Below, one piece after another: positions 43,649 to 53,944 of a stretch of 64,000 nucleotides of DNA; positions within the stretch are counted from its first letter, which is position 1; every line of letters starts with the position of its first letter. The stretch spans positions 120,768 through 184,767 of the forward strand of contig CAVOGX010000012.1 of the NCBI GenBank assembly GCA_963695505.1, in the 5' to 3' direction. Both the position numbers and the translations under genes were made by a program. The DNA is from an uncultured Chloroflexia bacterium (GTDB lineage: Bacteria > Chloroflexota > Anaerolineae > Promineifilales > Promineifilaceae). The notes beneath the pieces are model-generated. The model saw nothing but the letters and a program-made list of their open reading frames with translations, was not told where the DNA came from and made no database searches.

Positions 43649-45130
43649 ATGACTGTACGAGTACGCTTTGCCCCCAGCCCAACGGGGTATTTGCATATTG
43701 GCGGGGCGCGCACGGCGCTGTTTAACTGGCTTTTTGCCCGCAAGCATGGCGGGCAGTTTATTTTGCGTATTGAAGATACAGACCAAAAGCGCACGGTACC
43801 CGGTGCCATTGATGCAATCATGGATGGCTTGCGCTGGCTGGGTTTGGATTGGGATGAAGGGCCAGACGTTGGTGGCCCTTATGGTCCTTACATTCAAACG
43901 GAACGCGCAGACTTGTATCGACAGTGGGCTCATTGGCTGGTAGATAATGGTCACGCCTACAAATGTTTTTGCACGCCGGAGGAATTGGCAGCGATGCGCG
44001 AGGAACAGAAGGAGAAAAAGCTGCCGTTGGGGTATAACGGCCGTTGCCGCCACCTCTCTTCCGTCCAAATCACCGAAAAGGAGTCAGCAGGTCGCAACTA
44101 CGTGATTCGCTTCAAAATGCCCCAGGAAGGCGAAACGACCATTGAAGATGCTATTCGCGGCCCTATCACCTACCAGAACAGCCAGATAATTGACGCCGTG
44201 CTCCTCAAGTCTGACGGGCTGCCCACCTACCACCTGGCTAACGTCGTCGATGACCATTTCATGCGCATTTCCCATATCATGCGCGCCGACGAATGGATCA
44301 ACACCGCCCCCCTGCACATTAACCTTTACCAGGCTTTCGGGTGGGAGATTCCGCAGTATGCGCACCTTTCTCTGGTGATGAACCCCAGCGGCAAGGGCAA
44401 GCTCAGCAAGCGCACCCAATCTTTTGACGACGACGGGCAGCAAGTGCTGGTTAAGGTCGAAGAATTCCAGGAAGCAGGCTATTTGCCAGAAGCAGTGGTG
44501 AATTTTTTGGCAAACGTAGGGTATGCCACCGGCGATGACCGCGAAATATTTACGATTCAGGAAGCCATTGACAACTTCAAGCTAGAAAATATAAACCCCG
44601 CTCCCTCGCGTCTGCCTTACAGCAAGCTGGATTGGCTCAATGGGCAATACATTCAGGAAATGGAGCCGCAGGCGCTGGCCAAAGCTGTCAAGCCTTTTCT
44701 TGACGCCCAAGGTTTTGAGGTGAATGCCGAAGCGCTGCTGGTGGTTATGCCGGCTATGAGCAAGCGCCTCAAGCGGCTGCCGGAAGCCATTGACTTTTTG
44801 CGCTTCCTTTTCAATGACGTACCCCTCCAGGCCACTGCCGCAGACCTGACCCACAAGAAAATGCCCTTCGAGGCTGCCAAACGCGCCTATCAACAAGCGC
44901 GAGACTTCGTGGCCACTGTAGAGCCATACACGCTGGAAACCATCAGCACAGGGCTGATGAAAATTGGTGAAAGCGCCACTGAAAATGGCAAAGCCGGTCC
45001 CTTTTTAGGGCAACTGCGCTTTGCCATAACCGGGCAGCAGGTTTCGCCCCCGCTCTTTGAATCGATGCTGGCCTTAGGCCGTCCTCGTACCCAGGCCAGA
45101 CTCGATGAAGTGTTGGCTTTATTCACCTGA
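43649..45130 (+). CDS. gltX: Glutamyl-tRNA synthetase
   Basis: VRVRFAPSPTGYLHIGGARTALFNW (HIGH) and KLSKR (KMSKS). Confidence 0.95.
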   Translation: MTVRVRFAPSPTGYLHIGGARTALFNWLFARKHGGQFILRIEDTDQKRTVPGAIDAIMDGLRWLGLDWDEGPDVGGPYGPYIQTERADLYRQWAHWLVDNGHAYKCFCTPEELAAMREEQKEKKLPLGYNGRCRHLSSVQITEKESAGRNYVIRFKMPQEGETTIEDAIRGPITYQNSQIIDAVLLKSDGLPTYHLANVVDDHFMRISHIMRADEWINTAPLHINLYQAFGWEIPQYAHLSLVMNPSGKGKLSKRTQSFDDDGQQVLVKVEEFQEAGYLPEAVVNFLANVGYATGDDREIFTIQEAIDNFKLENINPAPSRLPYSKLDWLNGQYIQEMEPQALAKAVKPFLDAQGFEVNAEALLVVMPAMSKRLKRLPEAIDFLRFLFNDVPLQATAADLTHKKMPFEAAKRAYQQARDFVATVEPYTLETISTGLMKIGESATENGKAGPFLGQLRFAITGQQVSPPLFESMLALGRPRTQARLDEVLALFT

Positions 45131-45160
45131 GAGGCCGACCTTTGCAAATTTGAGTCAAAA

Positions 45161-45188
45161 AAGCCCCTGGCGTTTGCAGGGGCTTTTC
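45161..45188. terminator. Bidirectional intrinsic terminator between convergent genes
   Basis: AAAAAAGCCCCTG-gcgttt-GCAGGGGCTTTT. Confidence 0.7.
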
Positions 45189-45219
45189 CATTTAAGCAAT
45201 GGGAAGGTACGAAAAGTGT

Positions 45220-45804
45220 TTAAGCTTGCCGGCGACGGTGTACGAGAACGAAACTGATCCCTGCCAATAATAACAGGCTCATACCAATTGGTAAGAAGGT
45301 GTTGGTAGTTGTCACATCAATCTGTTGCAATTGAATGGCTGTAGGGCCAGTGCCTGATTGAATATTACCAAAACTCATATTTGAGTTAATAAAAAGCAAA
45401 TTACGGATAGGGGCAGTTAATGTATCAGGGGGTGTATTTACTGACCCCGCACCCCATTGAACATACAAGCACACATAATCAGTGCCATCAGGCGAAGTTA
45501 GACCCCCTAACAATAAATCATCTGTTAACCAGGGATCAGCAAACCGCCCAGCATTCGCGGGATCATATCCTGCATCCCCTTCGCCAGGAACAACAATTGT
45601 GGCATAAATCTCATCCCCAATAATTGCTCCGCTAGCATCACAATTGATAGCATAGATATTTGCTCCGTTTGTCCATGGCAAATCGCTATCTCCGTCACCT
45701 GGCAATCCGTCAAACAGACGTCCAGAAACACCAGTATGGGCATATGCTGGTAGTACAACAATTAAAAGCATTATTACAGCTATGAGAATTGCATGTTTTT
45801 TCAT
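45220..45804 (-). CDS. Secreted hypothetical protein with a C-terminal TM anchor and basic tail
   Basis: Signal MKKHAILIAVIMLLIVVLPAYA. C-terminus FLPIGMSLLLLAGISFVLVHRRRQA. Visibly AT-rich relative to the flanks. Confidence 0.6.
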   Translation of the reverse strand: MKKHAILIAVIMLLIVVLPAYAHTGVSGRLFDGLPGDGDSDLPWTNGANIYAINCDASGAIIGDEIYATIVVPGEGDAGYDPANAGRFADPWLTDDLLLGGLTSPDGTDYVCLYVQWGAGSVNTPPDTLTAPIRNLLFINSNMSFGNIQSGTGPTAIQLQQIDVTTTNTFLPIGMSLLLLAGISFVLVHRRRQA

Positions 45805-45955
45805 TTTGATCTCCAATTTCTTTTCATTGATCGCATCTTGTAAATAAATTATATGTTGACGAATGGAATTTATTGGTTAGAAATTGGTTATGATTGGGGG
45901 CATGGAAAGTGGATGATCTTATTATGATGTCAATTTTACGGTAAAGGAGCAGGCC

Positions 45956-46414
45956 ATGATACAGGTTGGAGATATGGTGCCAGATTTTGCGCTGGTGTCG
46001 GATGAAGGTAAGACAATAAAGCTGGCAGATTTGCGGGGGAAGCAAGTTGTGTTGTTTTTCTACCCCAAAGCGGGAACCTCAGGCTGCACCACCCAGGCGT
46101 GTGGCTTTCGGGACAGCTTTCCCGTCATTGAGGCAGCTAACGCCACGGTGTTGGGCATCAGCCCTGATGAACCGGCGAAGCTGGCTAAGTGGAAGGCGAA
46201 AGAAAATTTACCCTACACTCTCCTTTCAGATCCTGATCACGCGGTGGCCGAAGCCTACGGCGTGTGGGGGGAGAAGAAGATGTACGGTAACACCTACATG
46301 GGTATCATTCGCAGCCATTTTGTGATTGATGCAGAGGGCACGCTGGCCGACGCGCAGGTGAAAATCAGCCCCAAGGACAGCGTGGCGAAGGCAGTAAAGT
46401 TTCTTGGGCAGTAG
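45956..46414 (+). CDS. bcp: Thioredoxin-dependent peroxiredoxin Bcp
   Basis: VVLFFYPKAGTSGCTTQACGFRD. Confidence 0.9.
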   Translation: MIQVGDMVPDFALVSDEGKTIKLADLRGKQVVLFFYPKAGTSGCTTQACGFRDSFPVIEAANATVLGISPDEPAKLAKWKAKENLPYTLLSDPDHAVAEAYGVWGEKKMYGNTYMGIIRSHFVIDAEGTLADAQVKISPKDSVAKAVKFLGQ

Positions 46415-46423
46415 CAATTACGA

Positions 46424-49400
46424 TTAACGGGTGAGGGCGAGCAGAGGAACGCGGTTTTCAGGATAGGGAGAAAGGGAATGGTTAACGGCCGTTCCGCTCA
46501 CAGCCGTCAACTGCGGAAACCGATCCCCCAAATTCTCATACCAGCCCACCAAAACCTGGTACTCACCCGGCGCCAGGGATGAAAGGTCCAGCGTCACGGC
46601 ATCCGGCACAATTTCTGCGGGCAGCCATTGGCTGGTGGGGTAGCTATTATCCTGGGGCATGGCATCATTTTGGACCACAAGCTGCCCCCGTGCGTCCAGT
46701 ACGTGCACAAAGCGCGTGTAATTGGTGGTCAAAGCCGCCAATGCTTCCCAGTAAAGCGTCAGGGTAACGGCCGTTTCTGTTTGCGCCAGGTTATAACCAT
46801 GCAATTGTATGACTGGGGTTTCATTGGCCAGGAAAACGGCCGTTTCCGCCACCATTTCCGCGGGTAGGGCAAACTGGCGCGCATACGCCGCAAAGGTCCA
46901 CACGGAGCCCACCCGTTGCACCGTTCCCAGCCGGCGATACAACACCGTCGCTCCGCCAATCTCATACAATTGCACCATCAGCACTGCCCGTTCCGGCAAA
47001 CTCTCGGGCAGCCGGAGAGATAGCCAATCATGCACCCACTGTCCCGGAGGCCACAAGCCGCTGGGTAAAAAACCATACCCCGGCTGCGCGTCAAAATGGG
47101 TCACAAGGTTTCCCGCCTCATCCAAAACGCGCAGCGACACATTGTAATTTCGGGCTAAAGGCTGCGCTGTTGCCCAGCGCAAGCGTGCCGACCACAATCC
47201 ATCTTGAGCCACGAACTGGGTCAATTCTACAGCCAACTCCCCTGCGTCAGCCATTTCTGGGGCAGCCACCACGCGCACAGGCCGCAAAAAGAGATCTCCG
47301 CGAGGCTGGCCAGAAGGCGTCAGCGCCGCAGATTCTTGTAATTCTCCCACGCGCAAACGCGGTACGTACAAGCCGGGCGGCGCATTTTCGGGGATGGCCA
47401 GATGGTACTCCAAAAATGGTTCCTGAGGAGCGGGTGCTGCTTGGGTCATGGGAAAAGCATCTGCTTCCTCCCAGCGCAGCGCTGCCGGGGTCAGCAGGGC
47501 CACTTCCGTATTGAACCCTGCCAATCCGCTGGCGGCTAGTTGCACAGTCAGCGTCTCGCCCGGCGCCAGGGTCTCCCGATCGTAGCGGTATTCTTGCAGC
47601 TTTCCGCCATTTGCAAAGGGAACACCCTGAGGTGCGTGATGCAAATAGCCCATTTGGGCAAAATCCCAGGTCAAATCGGTGTCCGGCAGTTCGTGGCGCG
47701 GCCAGAATTGGGCAGCCAGCGCCACCAGGATCAGGCCAACCAGGGCCAGCACCCACCGCCGCCACAACGGCCGTTTCCGCGGCCAAACCAACCACACAGT
47801 CACCAGCAAAGCCACCAGCGATCCCCATTCCGCCGCCAGGCGCATGGGGGTACGCGCCAGGCGCAAAGTGACGGCATGAGTCCCTTGCGGCAGTTCCAGA
47901 GCAATGAGGCCGCTGCCCGGCGACGGCCGTATTTCCACCGGCGCGCCGTCCACATCCGCCGCCCAGCCCGGCCAGGCCATCGTGGCAAATTGCACCATAC
48001 TGGGCGAAACAGCCGTTACCCGCCACTCCTGCTCCGCTGTGGCAAACTGCACCAGTTCCGAATCCCCTAATTCTCCGGATAAGGCGCGCACCTGGTGCCG
48101 CTGCCCCGTGTTCAACCAACTGCCGGTGTAGGGGCGCGGCGTGACCGTGGATGGCAAATACTCCGCGCTGACCGTGGTGCCAATATTGCCGGTAAACCAT
48201 TCGTACTGCGCCAGCTTTTCGGCCGTCACGTCGGCATCGGTTAATACCAGATGGTCGGTGCGCAGGGCGCCCAGCCCGCTGGCCGCCAGCAGCACAACCG
48301 CCATTGGGGCAATCGCCCGCTGCCACGGCAGCAGCGCCAGTCCACCCGCCGCCAGCGCCCCGGCAAAAGCCTGCACCGACAAAAAGCGCCACGGAAACTG
48401 GGTAAAGGGCAGCAAAGGCAAATGGTCCCACAACGGCCGGGACAATGGCGTGATCATGAATGTGGCGACGAGCAAAGCGAGGGTGGTAAAAAGCAGGGGG
48501 GCAGAGGGGCGGGGGAGCCAGGAAGCCCGGGAGCTTTCTAACTCTTGCCTTTGTCCCTTTCTACCTTTGTTTCTTTGTAATAAAAATGCCAGCAAACCCA
48601 GAACGGCCGTTGCTGCCTGCACCAGCCCCATACGAAACGCCTTACCGCCAGCCACGTCATACTCAAAGAAAAGGCTGCCCTGTACCAAATCCGCGCCGCG
48701 AAAATGATTGCTGTAATGGAAATACCCTTCCGTCACCGGGCCAAGCTGCGCCAGCGACTGCTCACCCAAGGCCGGCACAAAAAACCACGCCGCCAACGCC
48801 AGCCCCAACAGCAAAGATACCGCCAAAGGGAAAAGATTGGAGATTGGAGATTGGAGATTGGCCACTGACCATTGGCCATTGGCTTTTAACCATTTGAGCA
48901 GGATGTACAGCAGCAAAAAGGGCGAAAAAATCAGCGCCGAGATATTGTGGCTCAACACCAACGCCGCATACGCCAATGCCAGCCCCGCTATCGCCCGCCG
49001 CTTGCTGTTGCCCGTACCCTGCACGTTTATAACCGCATCGGCAGCTAGGATTACCCACGGATACCATGCCATAGCCCAAAACTCGGCTAGCGAATCCCCA
49101 CGCACGTAGACGTTGACCATGTGGAAGGGGGCAAAGGTGTAGGCAACGGCCGTTACCGCTCCCACCCATGCGCTCCCCCACCAGCGCCGCGCCAGCCGGT
49201 ACATCCCCCACGCGGCTGCCAGATAACCGGCTACTTGCGCGGCCTCAATCGCCCCCACGTAGCTGAAACCCAGAAAGCGGAAAACTGCCGCAATGTAAAT
49301 GGAAAGCGGCGCATAAAAATTAAAGAAAGGGTACCCATAACCATAATTGGCGTCTGGCATCCAGCGCACCGGGAAATGGCCATCCCGCAGCGCCGTCTCC

Positions 49401-49564
49401 AACTGCTGCAAACGCTGCAGCAAGAAGGGGCTGTCGCCGCCCCCCCGGGTATTCAGCAGCCCTGGCTCGGCCAATAATGGCAAAGCGGCTGCCAGCGCTA
49501 AAAGGCCGACAGCCGCCACAAACCAATCAATTCTCTTCCAGGTCAATTTGCTCACGTGAGACAT
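46424..49564 (-). CDS. Large polytopic membrane protein, GT-C-like glycosyltransferase (PTPS-related/YfhO-like N-terminus) with a long extracytoplasmic C-terminal region
   Basis: 1046-aa intact ORF. RWMPDANYGYGYPFFNFYAPL, with many TM segments in the first ~600 aa. Confidence 0.65.
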   Translation of the reverse strand: MSHVSKLTWKRIDWFVAAVGLLALAAALPLLAEPGLLNTRGGGDSPFLLQRLQQLETALRDGHFPVRWMPDANYGYGYPFFNFYAPLSIYIAAVFRFLGFSYVGAIEAAQVAGYLAAAWGMYRLARRWWGSAWVGAVTAVAYTFAPFHMVNVYVRGDSLAEFWAMAWYPWVILAADAVINVQGTGNSKRRAIAGLALAYAALVLSHNISALIFSPFLLLYILLKWLKANGQWSVANLQSPISNLFPLAVSLLLGLALAAWFFVPALGEQSLAQLGPVTEGYFHYSNHFRGADLVQGSLFFEYDVAGGKAFRMGLVQAATAVLGLLAFLLQRNKGRKGQRQELESSRASWLPRPSAPLLFTTLALLVATFMITPLSRPLWDHLPLLPFTQFPWRFLSVQAFAGALAAGGLALLPWQRAIAPMAVVLLAASGLGALRTDHLVLTDADVTAEKLAQYEWFTGNIGTTVSAEYLPSTVTPRPYTGSWLNTGQRHQVRALSGELGDSELVQFATAEQEWRVTAVSPSMVQFATMAWPGWAADVDGAPVEIRPSPGSGLIALELPQGTHAVTLRLARTPMRLAAEWGSLVALLVTVWLVWPRKRPLWRRWVLALVGLILVALAAQFWPRHELPDTDLTWDFAQMGYLHHAPQGVPFANGGKLQEYRYDRETLAPGETLTVQLAASGLAGFNTEVALLTPAALRWEEADAFPMTQAAPAPQEPFLEYHLAIPENAPPGLYVPRLRVGELQESAALTPSGQPRGDLFLRPVRVVAAPEMADAGELAVELTQFVAQDGLWSARLRWATAQPLARNYNVSLRVLDEAGNLVTHFDAQPGYGFLPSGLWPPGQWVHDWLSLRLPESLPERAVLMVQLYEIGGATVLYRRLGTVQRVGSVWTFAAYARQFALPAEMVAETAVFLANETPVIQLHGYNLAQTETAVTLTLYWEALAALTTNYTRFVHVLDARGQLVVQNDAMPQDNSYPTSQWLPAEIVPDAVTLDLSSLAPGEYQVLVGWYENLGDRFPQLTAVSGTAVNHSLSPYPENRVPLLALTR
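48834..48883. repeat. (GATTGGA)x4 + (CACTGAC/CATTGGC) heptamer tract in-frame in a CDS
   Basis: Read on the gene strand as ...ANGQWSVANLQSPISNLF... Confidence 0.8.
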
Positions 49565-49597
49565 CCGCTTCTCACCACAAAGCGAATGCCTGATTAC

Positions 49598-50905
49598 CTA
49601 CGCCCTGCGCAACACCACGAACAGCAGTACGCCTAACAGCAGCACTGCGATAATCATCACCGCCAGCCCAGCCCAGGCAAAAGAGCTACCCCCATCTTCT
49701 GCCGCGGCATCGGGCGCTTGTGTGGGCACAACGGCCGTTGGCAATTCCGTATTGCTGGCCACCGTATCCGGGCTGGATGTATCCGTACTGGTTATGTCTG
49801 CCCGGGGGCGCACCCGGCTGCCAAACTCCAGGCCCACCGTTTTGCCCTCTTCCACATTAATAGCGGCACTGCCGGCCGTCGTCATCTCCAGCGCGCCGGG
49901 CACAATTTGCGATACCTGGTACGTTCCCGCCGGAACTCCCTCAAAGCAAAAGGCGGTGTCTGTTCCGGCCGAAACGGCTTCGCCAACGCGCATCTCGGTG
50001 CTGGCTACGCTGAAAGTCACCCCAGCCATGTACCCCTCGTTGGGATCGCGTACGCCGTTGGCATTTTCATCGGCAAAGGCATTTACGCACACGCGCCCCC
50101 CGGTAGGCGTAGGCGATGGGGTAACGGTGGGCGTCTCGGTGGGCGTTGGCGTAAATTCAGGCGTAGGCGTTGCCGTTGGAGGCAGCGGCGTGTTGGTTGC
50201 TGGCGGGGGAGGTGGCGGCGTATTGGTAGGCGGCGGCCCGACTTCCACCAACTGCGCTGCATCATAATAGGTATCCAAAAATTTGTAGCATTGGTTGACG
50301 CCCTGCACCGCCCAATTGGCAGAGGTAAAGACTGTCATTGTGCTGCCCGTGGCCGTAGCCTGCACCGAGAAGCGCACCCATTGATCGTGGGCATTTCCGG
50401 CTGCGCCCCACACTACGTCACCATCAGACCAGAGGCCGCTGCCGTTCGGGTCTATGCCGGCGCGAATGTTCATGTTTAAACCAGTGTACGAAGGAGCTGG
50501 CGCGCCTTCCATGGCCCCCCGGCCGCGGGCGTAAAAGGAGAACTCGTAAGTGGCTCCGGGGGTCACGCTGACGTTTTGCCACATGCCGGCTGACCAGGTA
50601 TCCCAGTTGTTGCCAATGTACTGCGAGCTGCTGCCTTCATACACAAAGTCTGTGGCCTGCCCCCAACGCGGCAGCTTCCAGTAGCCGTTGGTGCAGTCGC
50701 CAAATTGGTCTGGGCTGCTTTCGCGGTGCCAGCGGATCCAATCTTGGGCGCCGCCGTTGTTGCTGGCCGGATAGGGCGGCTCAAAGCTCGGGTTTTTGAG
50801 GAGATTGGTACCTTGCGCCTGTACGGCCGTTTCCGGGGCGTTTGGTGTGGCAAAGAATAACAGCGCCACCATCGCGGCAAATAGAATAAAACTCGTTTTT
50901 CTCAT
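49598..50905 (-). CDS. Secreted CBM4/9-like + Pro/Thr linker + SdrD-B/Cna-B-like domain protein with a C-terminal TM anchor
   Basis: Signal peptide, NLLKNPSFE, PPPTNTPPPPPPATNTP linker, AFADENANGVRDPNEGYMAGV, C-terminal hydrophobic segment + RRA. Confidence 0.65.
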   Translation of the reverse strand: MRKTSFILFAAMVALLFFATPNAPETAVQAQGTNLLKNPSFEPPYPASNNGGAQDWIRWHRESSPDQFGDCTNGYWKLPRWGQATDFVYEGSSSQYIGNNWDTWSAGMWQNVSVTPGATYEFSFYARGRGAMEGAPAPSYTGLNMNIRAGIDPNGSGLWSDGDVVWGAAGNAHDQWVRFSVQATATGSTMTVFTSANWAVQGVNQCYKFLDTYYDAAQLVEVGPPPTNTPPPPPPATNTPLPPTATPTPEFTPTPTETPTVTPSPTPTGGRVCVNAFADENANGVRDPNEGYMAGVTFSVASTEMRVGEAVSAGTDTAFCFEGVPAGTYQVSQIVPGALEMTTAGSAAINVEEGKTVGLEFGSRVRPRADITSTDTSSPDTVASNTELPTAVVPTQAPDAAAEDGGSSFAWAGLAVMIIAVLLLGVLLFVVLRRA

Positions 50906-50944
50906 AGCTTTACCTTTCCTAAACCATGAACAATTGCTGATTGC

Positions 50945-51862
50945 TCATTTTATTTGCTTCCAAATTAGTAAGAATATCACACCCACCAGCAAGATCATAG
51001 CAACAAACCCCGCCGCCCAAAAGCCTGCGCCGGGATTCCACCCGGTAGTCGTGGGTTGAGGCGTGGGGTTTGCAGCCTGCGTGGGCGAATTTGCCGCTGG
51101 CGTAACGGCCGTTCCCCCTCCCGCCGGGCGCAAATAGCTGCCAAAGGCCAGTTGCGCCACGCTGCCCACTGATAAGCTTACTGCCCAATCCCCATCGGTA
51201 GTCAGCACTTCCTGGGGGTTGATGGAGCGGGTCACGTGATAAGCGCCGCCCCGCAGTCCCTCAATGCAGTACGGTTCAGAACTGCCGTTGGTAATGTAAT
51301 TAGCGACAACGGCCGTTTCGTCATACACCGTAAAGGCTACTCCCGGGCGCAGCGCCTCCCCGGCATCGTACACGCCGTCCCGGTTCTGGTCGTTAAAGGC
51401 CAACAGACAAACGGCCGTGCGCGGCGGCAAAATCGTGGGGCGTGGCGTAGGCGGGGGCAGCGTGGCCGTCGGCACTGGGGGGGCGGTCGGGGTTGCCGGC
51501 GGCTCTACAATTCCCACGATTAGCAAATCTCCCGGGCGAATCAACGTATTTTCCGTCAGCCCCTCATTCAGCGCCAGAAGCTCGGCAAACAACAACCCGT
51601 GCCGCCCAGCAATGGCCCACAATGAATCATTGGGCTGCACCACCGCATAAATGACGCCGTTGGCATCCGGCGTGGAGGTAGGCAGCGGCGGCTCTTGGGC
51701 CAGCGCCGGGGTGGCTAGCAAGAAAAGCAGCAAAAGTATTAAGATTAGAGATTGGAGATTAGAGATTGGTAGCGTTAATTGCCAATCTCCAATTTCCAAT
51801 CTTCGTTTATTACTTATCAATGTCCACTCTCCAGCTATCGCCTGCCCCACGGCCATTGCCAT
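50945..51862 (-). CDS. LysM + Pro-rich linker + SdrD-B-like domain protein with a C-terminal TM anchor
   Basis: LysM motif YAVVQPNDSLWAIAGRHGLLFAELLALN, and AFNDQNRDGVYDAGEALRPGV. The start is uncertain (possibly TTG 51799, 8 nt after the upstream stop). Confidence 0.65.
   Translation of the reverse strand: MAMAVGQAIAGEWTLISNKRRLEIGDWQLTLPISNLQSLILILLLLFLLATPALAQEPPLPTSTPDANGVIYAVVQPNDSLWAIAGRHGLLFAELLALNEGLTENTLIRPGDLLIVGIVEPPATPTAPPVPTATLPPPTPRPTILPPRTAVCLLAFNDQNRDGVYDAGEALRPGVAFTVYDETAVVANYITNGSSEPYCIEGLRGGAYHVTRSINPQEVLTTDGDWAVSLSVGSVAQLAFGSYLRPAGGGTAVTPAANSPTQAANPTPQPTTTGWNPGAGFWAAGFVAMILLVGVIFLLIWKQIK
51741..51803. repeat. Heptamer-tract hairpin (GATTAGA/GATTGGA ... CCAATCT/CCAATTT)
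   Basis: gattggagattagagattgg-tagcgttaatt-gccaatctccaatttccaatc lies at the junction of the GT39 stop and the LysM gene 5' end. Confidence 0.8.
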
Positions 51863-53762
51863 CCACTACCGGCAGGCGGTTTTGCCCGGCATCATACAAA
51901 CCAATGAGCACATAATGCCCGGCCGGATCAAAGCCATCGGGCAAGGTCATGGTGCGCTGCTCTTGCAGTTGCAAACCCGGCCGCCACCATGCTGACGGCC
52001 AAAAACCGCCACCGGGCGGCGCATCGTCCTGAGCCACCAGCCCATCAGGGCCAATGACGTGGACAAAGGCGGTCAGCGGTTGGGATACGGCCGTTTCGGC
52101 CGTCCACACCACATTCACCTGCAAGGTCTCATCATCATACAAGAGTGCCTGGGCAGCCTGCAAATACAGCACCCCGCCAAATGAAGCATTGCCAAAGGTG
52201 GCCTGCACCGGCAGGGGCCGCGCCTCCTGCACCTGGTAGCGCACAAACAGCGGGTAAGCCTCTGGCTCCAAATCGCCCCGCGCCTGGGGGCCGGCCGCAA
52301 CGCTCACCAATGCAGTCGGCGGAAATGCTGCCGCCACAAAATCCGTGGCAGCATAGGGCCACACAAACAGGTCGGACGGCAGCGGCAAGGGCGCGGGCAG
52401 CCCAGCGGCGGGTGTGAAGCGGCTCGCGTGGGGGGTTGTCACCAAAAAGGGCACTGCTGGCCAGCCGGACCAATACCGTTCATCCACAAAAATGGCGGCG
52501 TTGGGGTCAGCCCCATTTACATCCTCAGCCAGGGAGCGAGCCGCCGCCTCGAACAGGTAACTCGTATTGGGGTCTCTGCTGTAATTGACATAATCACGAA
52601 CGGTAACGGCCGTACTTCCCACCAGCAGCAGCCCCACCCCCAGCGCCGCCAGCCAGGGTCTGCGCAGCCAATCGGCAATCTGAGACAGCCCCAGCGCCGG
52701 TAAAATAACCACGGCGGGCAGCACGCCTGCCGCCCGCAAAAAATGGGGGGTATCGGCCGCTAAAATCGTCGGCCCCAGCATGACCGCCACCCACAGCAGC
52801 AGCACCCCCGCCGCAGGCTGCCGCCAATGGCGCAAGCACCACACCACGCCCATGAGAAAAGGCAGGGCCATGAAAAGGTCAAATACGGGCCGGCCCGCCG
52901 GATTGTGGCGTAAAATAGTATCTCCGCGCCAGATGAACATGCCCAGCGCCGCCCCCGTCTGCCGCAGCAGCGTACCCCACAAATCGCCGCCGTTTACGGC
53001 CGTATTCAACATAGAAACCTGTCCGGTGCGCCCCAGCAAAATCTCTGGCTGTTGCACCACCAAAAGCGCCAGCGGCAGCAGGGAAACGGCCGTGCCCAGG
53101 GCGAAGAGAAAGAATCAGTAAGCGGTAAGCGGTAAGTAGCAAGCGGAAAGCGGCGCTGACGCCTGGCACCCAAAAACACCACAATCCCCACCAGCAAAAG
53201 CGGCGTAAAGCGCACCGCCAGGTAGGTGTAAAAGGCTGCGCCATACACCAATCCGGCTGCCAACCACAGCCAACCGTGGCGCAACGGTAAGCCCGCGTGC
53301 CCAGCCAAAAGGTCAGCCCCAGCAGCGGAGCCAGCAAAATGGCCCGCAGCCCAATGCGGCTCAGGTGCACAGGCCACAGGGTGATGGCCCACAGCGACGC
53401 CGCCAGCAGCCCCACGCGCTGCCCAAACCACTCGCGCCCCAGCATATAGACCACCAGCGTGGTCAGGCTGCCCACCACCGCCGCCCCCAGGCGCACGGCC
53501 AACGCAGTGCGCCCAAGCAGGGCAATGGCCGCAGCGGTCAGGTAAATGTAAGCTGGTTCACGGCCGTTGTTGGCCGTGAAAAAGAGCGCATGTTCCCCAT
53601 CCAGCACGCGCAGCGCGTCCAGGCCGTTATACGCTTCGTCCCGGTACAGACCGGGCGGCCAATCACCCAACTGCCAGAAGCGCAGGAAAACGGCCGTAGC
53701 CAGCACCAATAGCAATAAAGCCCACCCAACTTTGGTGAGCTTAAGTCTCGTCCCATATCCAT
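51810..53762 (-). pseudogene. GT39/ArnT-like (PMT_2) membrane glycosyltransferase, at least 3 frameshifts as assembled
   Basis: FLRFWQLGDWPPGLYRDEAYNGLDALRVL..FFTANNGREPAYIY. Pieces are 53538-53762, 52879-53715, 53006-53431 and 51810-53063. Confidence 0.8.
53114..53153. repeat. (CGGTAAG/CAGTAAG/CGGAAAG) heptamer tract inside the GT39 gene, at a frame break
   Basis: Read as RFPLATYRLPLTDSF on the gene strand. The reading frame changes at its downstream edge. Confidence 0.75.
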
Positions 53763-53771
53763 TCCTTGAGC

Positions 53772-53830
53772 TTGTCAGCCGGTCAGCGTGTCAGGCTGAT
53801 TAGCTGAAAGGCTGATCTGGCTGAAATGCT
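53772..53830. repeat. Tandem-unit palindrome (GTCAGC.. / GCTGA..) in a divergent promoter region
   Basis: ttgtcagccggtcagcgtgtcaggc / gctgattagctgaaaggctgatctggctgaaatgc. Confidence 0.7.
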
Positions 53831-53944
53831 TACAGCCATTTGTCAAAGCGGGGCAAGTATAGCAAAATAGCCCTGGAGCCTGCGTGAAGCCGCTCCCACA
53901 AACGATATGCAAACTCACCCACACGCAAACTCACATACCCTTTT

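Noticed and set aside
47247-48431. 394-aa ORF (Ala/Gly/Arg-rich) on the minus strand
   Set aside because: It lies entirely inside the intact 1046-aa membrane-protein gene in another frame. Its composition is typical of out-of-frame reading of high-GC DNA, and it has no motifs.
48834-48883. Short tandem repeats considered as a CRISPR array; the same applies to 30311-30490, 51741-51803 and 58509-58595
   Set aside because: The units are 7-8 nt with no spacers, the tracts are at most 100 nt, many lie inside ORFs, and no cas genes are present.
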